DNA of 64,000 nt. Source: Ramlibacter sp. (lineage in GTDB: Bacteria > Pseudomonadota > Gammaproteobacteria > Burkholderiales > Burkholderiaceae_C). The stretch is from NCBI GenBank assembly GCA_029237735.1, contig JAQZBU010000011.1, positions 24,658 through 88,657 of the forward strand, written 5' to 3'. Every line of letters starts with the position of its first letter. Position 1 is the first letter of the stretch. Of this stretch, positions 48,574-58,674 are shown piece after piece. The position numbers were made by a program, and so were the translations under genes. Below the pieces are notes generated by a model. The model was not told where the DNA came from. It made no database searches and saw only the letters and a program-made list of their open reading frames with translations.

Positions 48574-49943
48574 GGCGTTTCGTCCAGCACGACCGGCCGC
48601 CGCACGACGAGGCGGAAGCGCCCGCGGCCTGTTTTTTCAATGCGCAGATGCGGGCCGTGCTCAGCGAGACGCCGGCGCAGCAGCACGAGCCGCGCCTCGA
48701 GGTTGTCGGTGACGTCGGGCAGGCGGATCGACGTGTCCAGCCGCAGTTCCCGGTTGGAAAACTCAGTGCGGCCGTGCCGGACGAAATCCTTCAGCAGCTT
48801 CCACAGGATCGCGCCCGCAACGCCCTTGATCAGGTAGTCGTCATCCAGGAATACGCTGTCGTTCGCGCAGAAATGGCGCAGGTGAATCGACCGTTCGGGC
48901 TGAGCCTGTCGAAGTGGCCCTTCGACAGGCTCGGGGCGAACGGACGGGTGGCCCTCCTTGTCGGAATCGGGCGCTTCGGTGCTGGCATGCATCAGGTCGA
49001 TCGCCGCGCCCAGATGGCCCGCCATCGCCACCAGCATGTCCTCGTCCTCGAAGCCGAACTGCAGGTCGTTCGGGCTCTCGACAAACAGCACCCCGAGCAG
49101 GCGCCCCGCCGACAACACTGGCACCGCCAGCTGACTGTGCGGCTCCGCGAGGCCGGGGTAGGGGATCTCGGTGGCGGCTTCGATGTCGGGCACATTGGCC
49201 TCGAAGCTGCTGCGCATCGCCTGGCTGTAGAGGTAGGCGTTCGTCATGTGCGTGATGCGCACCGGCGTCTTCTCGCGCGCCGCGACGCCGATCACGCCCT
49301 GGCCCATTCCGACTTCAGAACCCACTCCGGAAGTCGCGTAACCACAGCTTGCGACGGTGTACAGCCGCTGCGCCGCGCTGTCGTGCATCAGCACCATCGC
49401 ATGCCGCACGCCCATGAAATCCGACAGAGTGGCCAGCACGGAGTTTAGTGCCTCGTCCAGCGATGCGCAGCGCGCGAGCCGTTCGCTGCAGCGGCGCACG
49501 GCCGTCAGCATGCCGCTGCGCGGGGGCGGCCCGGGCAAAGGCTCGCCTTCCAGCGACTCGATCTGCTCCACCTCGTACACATCGGAGCCGAGCAGGCGAA
49601 ACACGCCTTGCATGCCGGTGTGCGAAGCGATGCCCGCAAGCTGCGCCTTCATGCTTTCGAAGAGCGGCCCTTCCGTTTCCGTGCGCAGGTACCGGATGTG
49701 CAGGCGGTAGAAGGCGGCCGTCTGCGGGTGGATCACCAGTACCGTCGCGCGCGGGTTGGCCAGGATGTTCTGGCGCGTCTTGTTGAAGAACTGGAACGAG
49801 AGCGCGACATGCTGTTCGTCGACGTAATAGACCTGCGAGATGTAGGCCACGTTGGGCATGCCGTCGGCCGCGCAGGTCGCCATCACTGCCGGTATCGCGC
49901 CTTCCAGGCAGGGCCGGATGTCGCCGAGTTCCGTCGTGTTCAC
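48570..49943 (-). CDS. PNPOx-like flavin-binding + GAF + winged-helix putative regulator
   Basis: ATCAADGMPNV..KTRQNILANP (split barrel); GVIGVAA..LAVPV..GVLFVES (GAF); KLL..SNRELR..LRRRL..IEKTGRGRFRL (wHTH); GTGA coupling. Confidence 0.8.
   Translation of the reverse strand: MNTTELGDIRPCLEGAIPAVMATCAADGMPNVAYISQVYYVDEQHVALSFQFFNKTRQNILANPRATVLVIHPQTAAFYRLHIRYLRTETEGPLFESMKAQLAGIASHTGMQGVFRLLGSDVYEVEQIESLEGEPLPGPPPRSGMLTAVRRCSERLARCASLDEALNSVLATLSDFMGVRHAMVLMHDSAAQRLYTVASCGYATSGVGSEVGMGQGVIGVAAREKTPVRITHMTNAYLYSQAMRSSFEANVPDIEAATEIPYPGLAEPHSQLAVPVLSAGRLLGVLFVESPNDLQFGFEDEDMLVAMAGHLGAAIDLMHASTEAPDSDKEGHPSVRPEPVEGPLRQAQPERSIHLRHFCANDSVFLDDDYLIKGVAGAILWKLLKDFVRHGRTEFSNRELRLDTSIRLPDVTDNLEARLVLLRRRLAEHGPHLRIEKTGRGRFRLVVRRPVVLDETP
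48891..48943. repeat. Intragenic palindromic repeat (24-nt arms, 21/24 matched), translated in frame
   Basis: CCGTTCGGGCTGAGCCTGTCGAAG / CTTCGACAGGCTCGGGGCGAACGG, encoding VRPEPVEGPLRQAQPER. Confidence 0.75.
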
Positions 49944-50431
49944 GCGCTGCTCCCGAAGAGCCGGGTGCCGGCCTTGGGGCCGGGCGTCTGGTCGAAGGCC
50001 ACTTCCGGCTCGAAGCTGATCGCCACCAGGTCTTCGAGCTTGTGGGCGAGCATGGCCCGGGTCATGTGCGGCGCGAAGCCCACCTGCTGGATTTCGTGCT
50101 CCATCGAGGCGAGGTAACGCGCGAGCACCGGCTCGTCCGCGGCTTCGGCGTTGCGCAGCACGGCGCGCTTCGCTTTCACCTGCACGGTCCGGTGGCTCGA
50201 GGGTTCGCTGAAGACGACGGCCACATAGCCCGTGGCTGCCACGTCCTGCACGAGCTGGCGCGATTGCCGGCGCGAAACGAAGATGGTCACCTTGCGGCCT
50301 GCGTCCTCCACCTTGCTGCCCAGGGCTCGCATGATGCTGGGCCGCAGGGCCGCATCGCGCGAGCCGGCGATGACGGACACGCCGCGTTCCATCATGGCCA
50401 GCAAGTCGGGGGGAAGGCCGGTCGCGGTCAT
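49940..50431 (-). CDS. Stand-alone PNPOx-like split-barrel protein
   Basis: AGSRDAALRPSIMRALG, VFSEPSSHRTVQVK, FDQTPGPKAG; stop overlaps the next start. Confidence 0.75.
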   Translation of the reverse strand: MTATGLPPDLLAMMERGVSVIAGSRDAALRPSIMRALGSKVEDAGRKVTIFVSRRQSRQLVQDVAATGYVAVVFSEPSSHRTVQVKAKRAVLRNAEAADEPVLARYLASMEHEIQQVGFAPHMTRAMLAHKLEDLVAISFEPEVAFDQTPGPKAGTRLFGSSA

Positions 50432-50434
50432 GGG

Positions 50435-51192
50435 TCAGCCCCGAAAGCGCTTGCGGGTGAGCGCCAACGCCACCCAGAACGAAACGACCGCGTAGGCAGC
50501 CAGCACCACGGCGCCGCGCAGGGGGTGAGCGGGCCACTGGTCCATGAACATCGGGCGCACCAGCTCCACCGCGTTGGTGAGCGGCAGCCAGTCGGACACG
50601 GCGCGCAGCGGGCCCGGCAGCTGATCGCGCGGGAAGAAGACGCCCGAGAGGAACATCATCGGCGTGAGGAACAGCGTGAAGTAGTAGGTGAAGAAATCAT
50701 AGCCCTGGGCCAGCGCATTGAAGACCAGTGCGATACAGGAGAAGGTGATGCCCGCGCCCAGCAGCACCAGCCAGGCCGCGAGCAGCTTGGGGCTGGCGCT
50801 GATGCCCAGGCCCAGCATCACGAAGAGGATGGCCGTGACGGTGAACATGGCCTTGAAGGCCGCCCACAGCATCTCGGCCAGCACGATGCTGTCCAGGCTG
50901 ACCGGCGCGTTCATGATGCCGTCCCAGGCTCGAAGGAGGCCGCGTTCATCGAGCTCATGCAGATGGAGCCGCTCGCGAGAAAGAGGATGTAGGGCACCGT
51001 GGTGCCACCCAGCTGGACCTGGCCGACCAGCGCGCCCATGCCGTAGCCGAAGGCCACCAGCCACATCAGCGGCTCGGCGATGTTGCCCACCAGGCTGGGG
51101 ATGGCCAGCTTGCGCCACACCAGCAGGTTGCGCAGGAACACCGGCCACCAGCGGAAGGACAGGTCGGGGAAGCGCAAGATGGATTGGTTCAC
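50435..51192 (-). pseudogene. ABC-2 permease (NodJ-like), frameshifted with an apparent deletion at 50928/50929
   Basis: N-part (FLRNLLVWRK...MNAASFE) and C-part (WDGIMNAP...FLSGVFFP) lie in different frames. Confidence 0.8.
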
Positions 51193-51194
51193 TG

Positions 51195-52118
<924 letters not shown>

Positions 52119-52194
52119 GTCTTTATTGTGTCGCACGCCCCGCGGGACCATGTCGGTAGCCTAGAATTTTCGTTTTCCACTACCGGTGCCCGAT

Positions 52195-53055
52195 GTGTCC
52201 AACCGCCTGGCCGTGACGCCGCAATACCTGTTGCCCAAGCGGTTGATCACCGTGCTCGCGGGCATGGGTGCCAACTGGCGGGCTGGCGGGCTGACCCACG
52301 CCGTCATCAGAAAATTCGTCGCGAAGTACGGCGTGGACATGTCCGAAGCCGCCGACCCGCGCATCGAAAGCTACGCCACCTTCAACGAGTTTTTCACGCG
52401 GCCGCTGCGCGAGGGGCTGCGGCCCATCGCCGACGCGCAGTTCGTCTGCCCGGTGGACGCCGCGATCAGCCAGTTCGGCCCGATCGAGCACGACCAGATC
52501 TTCCAGGCCAAGGGCCACAGCTACTCCACGCGGGCATTGGTGGGCGGTGACCAGGCGCTGGCCCACCAGTTCGACCACGGGCACTTCGCCACGCTCTACC
52601 TCGCCCCGAAGGACTATCACCGCATCCACATGCCTTGCGACGGGCGGCTGATGCGCATGATCTACATCCCCGGCGACCTGTTCTCGGTCAACCCGCTCAC
52701 AGCGCGCCACGTGCCCAGCCTGTTCGCGCGCAACGAGCGCGTGGTCTGCGTGTTCGACACGCCCTACGGGCCCTTCGTCAACGTGCTGGTCGGTGCGACC
52801 ATCGTCGGCAGCGTGGCGACGGTGTGGCACGGCGTGGTCAACCCGCCCCGAACGCGCAACATCCGCGAGTGGCGCTACGACAGCGAGAACATCGTGCTGC
52901 ACCAAGGCGCCGAGATGGGCCGATTCCTGCTCGGCTCCACCGTGGTCATGCTCTTTCCCAAAAACGTTGTCACGTTCGTGCCCGACTGGGCGCCCTCGCG
53001 GTCAGTGCGGCTGGGGGAAGCAATGGCGACGGCTACTGCTGCCACGGCAGTCTAG
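52195..53055 (+). CDS. psd: Phosphatidylserine decarboxylase proenzyme
   Basis: FNEFFTR, YLAPKDYHRIH, RNER and the LGST autocleavage motif. Confidence 0.95.
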   Translation: MSNRLAVTPQYLLPKRLITVLAGMGANWRAGGLTHAVIRKFVAKYGVDMSEAADPRIESYATFNEFFTRPLREGLRPIADAQFVCPVDAAISQFGPIEHDQIFQAKGHSYSTRALVGGDQALAHQFDHGHFATLYLAPKDYHRIHMPCDGRLMRMIYIPGDLFSVNPLTARHVPSLFARNERVVCVFDTPYGPFVNVLVGATIVGSVATVWHGVVNPPRTRNIREWRYDSENIVLHQGAEMGRFLLGSTVVMLFPKNVVTFVPDWAPSRSVRLGEAMATATAATAV

Positions 53056-53089
53056 TGTGCTCTCGTGAGTAAGCCAGTGTGTGGGCGAC

Positions 53090-53340
53090 GGGCCGTGGAC
53101 GTCGGGTGGCCGATTCCGCTCGTGTCCCCCGCCGCGGGAGGCGGCTCCTCCTTGACCTCGCTGCATCAGCCACCCGCCATCCACGGCCCTTAGGGGGCGG
53201 TTCTTCTTTCGACGCATCGAACACCCACAACGGTGGATGGATCAGGGCGGCGGGGCGCTCTACGCAGCGACATCAAGGAGGAGCCGCCCTCCCGGCGGCG
53301 GGGGACAGTCGCGGAGTAGAGTGCCCCGTCGCCCTGATCC
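53090..53340. repeat. Inverted pair of stem-enclosed structured elements
   Basis: Copies at 53090-53189 (-) and 53239-53340 (+), each a 25-bp stem around a shared ~50-nt core. Confidence 0.8.
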
Positions 53341-53389
53341 CGCCCCAACTGAGGCAATGACTTGCGGGGCGCAGAGCACGGAGGCGGGC

Positions 53390-54505
53390 TCAACCCAGGA
53401 GCGTTTCCGCAGGCACGTATTCGTATCCCAGGTCCTGCGCGACAGCTTCATATGTCACCTTGCCCTGGCACACGTTCAGGCCTTCCCGCAAATGCGGGTC
53501 GTCCCGCATGGCCGTCTTCCAGCCCTTGTTGGCGAGCGCCAGAGCGTGGCCGATGGTCGCGTTGTTCAATGCGAAGGCGGAGGTGCGCGCCACCGCACCG
53601 GGCATGTTGGCCACGCAGTAATGCACGACGCCGTCCACCACATACACCGGCTCCGTGTGCGTGGTCGGGCGCGAGGTTTCGAAGCAGCCGCCCTGGTCGA
53701 TCGCCACGTCCACCACCACGGCGCCTTTTTTCATTCGCGAGATGAGCGAGCGGCTCACGAGCTTGGGCGCCGCGGCGCCGGGCACCAGCACACCGCCGAT
53801 CACCAGGTCGGCTTCGAGCACGGCTTCCTCGATGCTCTGCGCAGTGGAGTACACGGTGCCGATACGGTTGCCGAACACCAGGTCGAGCTGGCGCAGGCGG
53901 TCCACGTTCTTGTCGAGCACGGTCACGCGCGCGCCGAAGCCGACGGCCATCTGCAGCGCATTGGTGCCGACCACGCCGGCGCCGATCACCGCCACGTGCC
54001 CCGGCGCCACGCCCGGCACGCCGCCGAGCAGCAGGCCGCGGCCGCCATGGGCGATCTCCAGGTAATGCGCGCCGGCCTGGACCGACATCCGGCCTGCCAC
54101 TTCGCTCATGGGCGCAAGCAGCGGCAGCCCGCCGCCGGGGCCGGTGATGGTCTCGTAAGCGATGCAGACCGCACCGGATTTCACCAGGGCTTTTGTCTGC
54201 AGCGGATCGGGCGCGAGATGCAGGTACGTGTAGAGAATCTGGCCCGGCCGCAGCATCTCGCATTCGACGGGCTGGGGCTCCTTGACCTTCACGATCATCT
54301 CGGCCCGGGCGAAGATTTCGCTCGCCGCCGCGGCGAGCTGCGCGCCCGCGGCCTGGTATTGCTCGTCGGTGAGGCCGATGGCCACACCGGCGCCCGATTG
54401 GACCAGCACCTGGTGCCCGTGGGCCGTCAGCTCCCGAACACTCGCCGGCGTCAGGCCGACGCGGTATTCATGGTTTTTGATTTCCTTCGGTACGCCGATG
54501 AGCAT
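53390..54505 (-). CDS. ald: Alanine dehydrogenase
   Basis: [43 protein letters not shown]. Confidence 0.97.
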   Translation of the reverse strand: MLIGVPKEIKNHEYRVGLTPASVRELTAHGHQVLVQSGAGVAIGLTDEQYQAAGAQLAAAASEIFARAEMIVKVKEPQPVECEMLRPGQILYTYLHLAPDPLQTKALVKSGAVCIAYETITGPGGGLPLLAPMSEVAGRMSVQAGAHYLEIAHGGRGLLLGGVPGVAPGHVAVIGAGVVGTNALQMAVGFGARVTVLDKNVDRLRQLDLVFGNRIGTVYSTAQSIEEAVLEADLVIGGVLVPGAAAPKLVSRSLISRMKKGAVVVDVAIDQGGCFETSRPTTHTEPVYVVDGVVHYCVANMPGAVARTSAFALNNATIGHALALANKGWKTAMRDDPHLREGLNVCQGKVTYEAVAQDLGYEYVPAETLLG

Positions 54506-54595
54506 GGCGATCTCCTGTTGGTGTGTCCGCCATTTTCGGGAGATTGAAGGAATTAAGCCAACGGTGTTAATAAGTCAACATTAATATTAGCGCGC

Positions 54596-56089
54596 CTACT
54601 GGAAGGCGACTTCATCGAAGCTTCTGAGCTTTCTGCTGTGCAACCGCTGGCTGCCCTCGGCGCGCAGGATCTCGATCGCGCGCATGCCGATGCGCAGGTG
54701 CTGGTCCACGCGCTCGCGGTAGAAGCGATTGGCCATCCCAGGCAGCTTGATCTCTCCATGGAGCGGTTTGTCGCTGACGCACAGCAGCGTTCCGTACGGC
54801 ACGCGGAAGCGGAACCCGTTGGCCGCGATGGTCGCGCTTTCCATGTCCAGCGCCACGGCGCGGCTCTGGCTGAAGCGCCGCTGCGGCACGTTGCCGGGCA
54901 GCAGCTCCCAGTTGCGGTTGTCGGTGGAGGCCACGGTACCGGTGCGCATGATGCGCTTGAGGTCGGCGCCGTTGAAGCCGGTGACGTCGGCTACCGCCTT
55001 TTCAAGCGCCAACTGTATCTCGGCCAAGGCGGGGATCGGCACCCACAGCGGCAGTTCCTCGTCCAGCACATGGTCCTCGCGTACATAGGCGTGCGCGAGG
55101 ACGTAGTCGCCCAACTGCTGGCTGTTGCGCAGGCCTGCGCAGTGCCCCAGCATCATCCATGCATGCGGGCGCAGCACGGCGACGTGGTCGGTGATCGTCT
55201 TGGCATTGGCCGGGCCGACACCGATGTTGATCATGGTGATGCCGCCGTGGTTGGGGTGCGTCAGGTGGTAGGCGGGCATCTGCGGCAGCCGGGGCGGCAC
55301 GGCGCCCAGTGCGTCGGTCGCTTCACCGGGCAGGCCCGATCGCCGGGTCACCACGTTGCCGGGCTCGATGAACGCGGTGTATTCGCTTTGCGGGTTCGCC
55401 ATCTCCTCGTGGCCCAGACGCACGAATTCATCGATGTAGAACTGGTAGTTGGTGAACAGCACGAAGTTCTGGAACCAGTCCGGCGCCGTGCCGGTGTAGT
55501 GGCGCAGGCGGTGGAGCGAATAATCCACGCGGGCGGCCGTGAACAAGGCCAGCGGCTGCGCATCGCCGGGCCGCGCTTCCCATGTTCCGTTGGCAATGCC
55601 ATCGTCCATGGCCTCGAGGTCGGGCAGATCGAAGGCGTCGCGCATCAGCAGCCGCCGTTCGGGGCTGAGTGAGCCCTCGATATGGTCGTGCTCGGCGAAC
55701 GAAAAGTGGATCGGAATGGGCTGGGTGCTAGTGCCTACTTCCAGTTCGACCCCATGGTTTTGGCGCAGGAGCCTGAATTGCTCCAGATAGTACTTTGCGT
55801 ACAGGTCGGGACGGGTCAGCGTGGTCTCGAAGCGGCCGGCGCCGGCCACGAAGCCATACGAGAGGCCCGAGTTCTCCAGCGCGGCCTGGCGCACCACGGT
55901 GTCGGTGTGGATGCGCACGAACGGGTAGCAGGCTCGCACATGGCCGGGCAAGGCCTCACCGGCGACGAACCGCTGCATGGCGTCGCGCAGGTGATCGATC
56001 TGCTGCGAATAGATCGCGCGGACCTGCGCCAGCGCGCTTTCCGGATCGCTATGGCGGGAAGGGGCGATGAAGGGCGGCATGTAGGGCAT
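54596..56089 (-). CDS. amn: AMP nucleosidase
   Basis: RLRHYTGT, LFTNYQFY, QMPAYHL, GVGPANAKT, DMESATIA, SDKPLHGE. Confidence 0.95.
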   Translation of the reverse strand: MPYMPPFIAPSRHSDPESALAQVRAIYSQQIDHLRDAMQRFVAGEALPGHVRACYPFVRIHTDTVVRQAALENSGLSYGFVAGAGRFETTLTRPDLYAKYYLEQFRLLRQNHGVELEVGTSTQPIPIHFSFAEHDHIEGSLSPERRLLMRDAFDLPDLEAMDDGIANGTWEARPGDAQPLALFTAARVDYSLHRLRHYTGTAPDWFQNFVLFTNYQFYIDEFVRLGHEEMANPQSEYTAFIEPGNVVTRRSGLPGEATDALGAVPPRLPQMPAYHLTHPNHGGITMINIGVGPANAKTITDHVAVLRPHAWMMLGHCAGLRNSQQLGDYVLAHAYVREDHVLDEELPLWVPIPALAEIQLALEKAVADVTGFNGADLKRIMRTGTVASTDNRNWELLPGNVPQRRFSQSRAVALDMESATIAANGFRFRVPYGTLLCVSDKPLHGEIKLPGMANRFYRERVDQHLRIGMRAIEILRAEGSQRLHSRKLRSFDEVAFQ

Positions 56090-56259
56090 GGTCTTATTGT
56101 GCAACGCACGCAGCCGGCCTTCACGCACCCACCAACCGCGTGCGAAAGCGTCCTACAAGGTGTAACGAAACCAGATGACGTTACAAACGCGAGCCTCCTG
56201 CCAAAGTGGGCTCCACACGAAATCGATGGTTCTTGAAAATCGCATAGGAGTCGACAAGA

Positions 56260-56523
56260 ATGAGCACAGCAACCATGGCAGGCAATCCCTTTGCGCTGAT
56301 GACCGACCCGGGGTCGGTGCGCCAGATGATCGAGAGCTCGGAATCGCTTCGGAGATTGAGCCAGCGGCAATGCCACCCCCTCGACAAAGCCGTGATTCGC
56401 AGCGCAAGCGCCGAACTGGCCGCCTATGACGCGAAGATCGACCGCACCACCATTTACCTGCCGCCGGAAGAAGACAAACCTTCCGCCGCGCTCGTCCGCT
56501 CGTTCCCTGAGACGGTCAACTAG
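56260..56523 (+). CDS. Hypothetical protein (87 aa)
   Basis: AGGAG RBS; fills the gap divergent from amn; NPFALMTDP...CHPLD. Confidence 0.65.
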   Translation: MSTATMAGNPFALMTDPGSVRQMIESSESLRRLSQRQCHPLDKAVIRSASAELAAYDAKIDRTTIYLPPEEDKPSAALVRSFPETVN

Positions 56524-56535
56524 GCTCGAACACTC

Positions 56536-58555
56536 CTAGCCCCCGCGGCCCTGCCCGCGCCCCCGACCGCCTTCTTCGCCGCCCTGTGAGCGGTTGTCCT
56601 CGCGCGGTTCACGCTCTGGCTTGCCACGTGCGCGTTCGCGCGGCGCGGGCTGCTCCAGGGGAGGGGCGACCTGCGGTTGCGATTGCGGCGGTTGCCGCAA
56701 CGCGCGCTGCTGCTCCTGGCGTTGTTGTTGTTGCTGCTGGCGCAGCATCTGCTCCTGCGCAGCTTGCTGCTGGCGCTGGGCACGCTCCTGGGCTTGTTGC
56801 TGCTGCCGATTAGCCTGTTCTTGGGCTTGCTGTTGTTGTCGCTGCGCCCGCTCCTGCGCTTGCTGCTGCTGCCGCAATGCATGGTCGCGCTGCGCTTGTA
56901 CCTGCTGCTCGCGCTGTATCCGCTCCTGCTGCTGCACCTGCTGGTCGCGACGGGCCCGTTCCTGCTCGCGCGACACACGCTCCTGCTGCACCTGCTGGTC
57001 GCGACGTGCGCGTTCCTGGTCACGCGCCGAACGCTCTTGTTCACGGTCGGCCTCGCGGCGCTGCCGCTCCTCTTGCCTTTCCTGCTGGCGCGCATCGCGC
57101 TCCATTTCGCGGCGCGGCTCCTGCAGCTGCGGGCGCGGCGCGGCGATCGGGCGTTGGTCGGTGCCATCGCGGCGCCGGATGGCCGGCCCCGGGGAGCCCG
57201 GCTGCGGCTGCAGCGGAACTGGCACCGCCGACAAGTTGGGTGGCGGGAGCGTGCGTGTGCGCGAAGGCCTCGATTCGACGATGCGCCGGGGCTCGGGCAG
57301 CGTTGGCTGTGCAGCGATTCGCACCCGGTCCAGCTCGGTCGCGTCCACCTGCCGCCGGTTGCGGTGAACCGGTCGGCCTCCGCTGAAATCTTCCATGCGC
57401 ACCGCCGTCACCGCGGAGGGGTGGCGCTGGTTGACGTAGAAATAATTGTTGGTGACCTGGTTGTTCACGATGTAGCGGTTGACGCCGGCCACGTAGCGCG
57501 GGCTCGTACGGTAGTACGGCCGCCATGCCTCGCCGGGCGCGAGCGGGAACCAGCCGATGCCGGAGCTCGATCCGAAGGACAGACTCAGGCTCACGCCGCC
57601 GCCGCCGATAAACGGGGCGCGGGCCAATGCGGCCGGGCACCCAGCACCAGCGCGATCCGATCATCGCCCAGCGGCCGTAGTGGGACGGCGCGAAGCCCCA
57701 GGGAGCGTCGTCGATCCAGGTCCAACCCCATGGCGCAATATATTCCCAATGGCCGTAGCGATAGGGCGCCCAGTCCGCCACGGTGACGCGCGGATACCAG
57801 ACCGCGCCGTAGCTCGGGTCCTGCGCCCAACTGCCGTAGGCGTCCAGCTGCTGGTAGCCCACCACATCTCGGGGGACGTAGCGCGCGGCGATCGATTCAT
57901 CCTCCGCGCGGTTGCGGTCGGCGGCCCAGCGGTCGAAGCTGTCCGGCGGCGGCAACGCCTGCGCATTGATGCGCTCGAGATCCGTGCCAGCGAAGGTCAC
58001 GGCCTGTCCGCCCAGGAGTTCCTGCGGCTGGCCGTTTGCGCCATACACCAGCGCCGAGCCGCTGCGCACAGTCACGCGCGTCGTGCCCTGGGCCGGATCG
58101 ACGTCGACCCGGTAGTCGCCGGGGCGCGAAGCGCGAAACGCCAGTTGGGGCGTGTCGATCTCGAAGTTCTCGCCGCGCGCGAGTTCGCGCACCCGGGCGT
58201 TGACCGTGCCCTCGTTCAAGCTGACCTGCAGCACATCATCGTCCAGGTCCGTCACGTCCAGGAAAGTCTGGTCGTCCAGGTGCAGCACGGCCGATCCGAC
58301 GTGCAGCTCGGCCCGCGCGCCGCGATCGGTCCATAGCCGATCGCCGCGCGTGATCGGGCGGTTCAGCACCGCATCGACCCATTCGGACTGACCGGCCGGG
58401 GCGAACACGACCGAGCCGTCGATGACGCTCAAGCTCGCCACGCGGGCGGGCGGATCGACATCCCGTTGCGCTCCAGCGGTGGCCGCGCCGAATGCCAGGA
58501 TCAGCAGGGGCAGCCAGCGCGACAAGACGAAACGCAGGAAGTGTTGTTTGTTCAT
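56536..58555 (-). pseudogene. FecR-like/DUF6600 secreted protein with a Q/R/E-rich tail, frameshifted near 57613
   Basis: Aligns with the neighbouring paralog, but PVYAPALVAFIGG is reduced to P-(g)-FIGG (23 nt missing). Confidence 0.8.
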
Positions 58556-58599
58556 GGCGATCTCCATATTGCTAGAACGCGCGAGCGGCCTGCCGGGCT

Positions 58600-58655
58600 G
58601 CAAAGGGGGTGTAAAGCGGGGCGAAGCTGCGTCGTTGAATGTAATGCGCTGTAAG
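58600..58655 (-). promoter_or_regulatory. Tandem GTAA direct-repeat pairs (CpxR/OmpR-box-like)
   Basis: On the + strand: GCAAA 58600 / GTAAA 58611 and GTAAT 58641 / GTAAG 58651. Confidence 0.55.
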
Positions 58656-58674
58656 ACCAACGCTTTGCGCGGCG

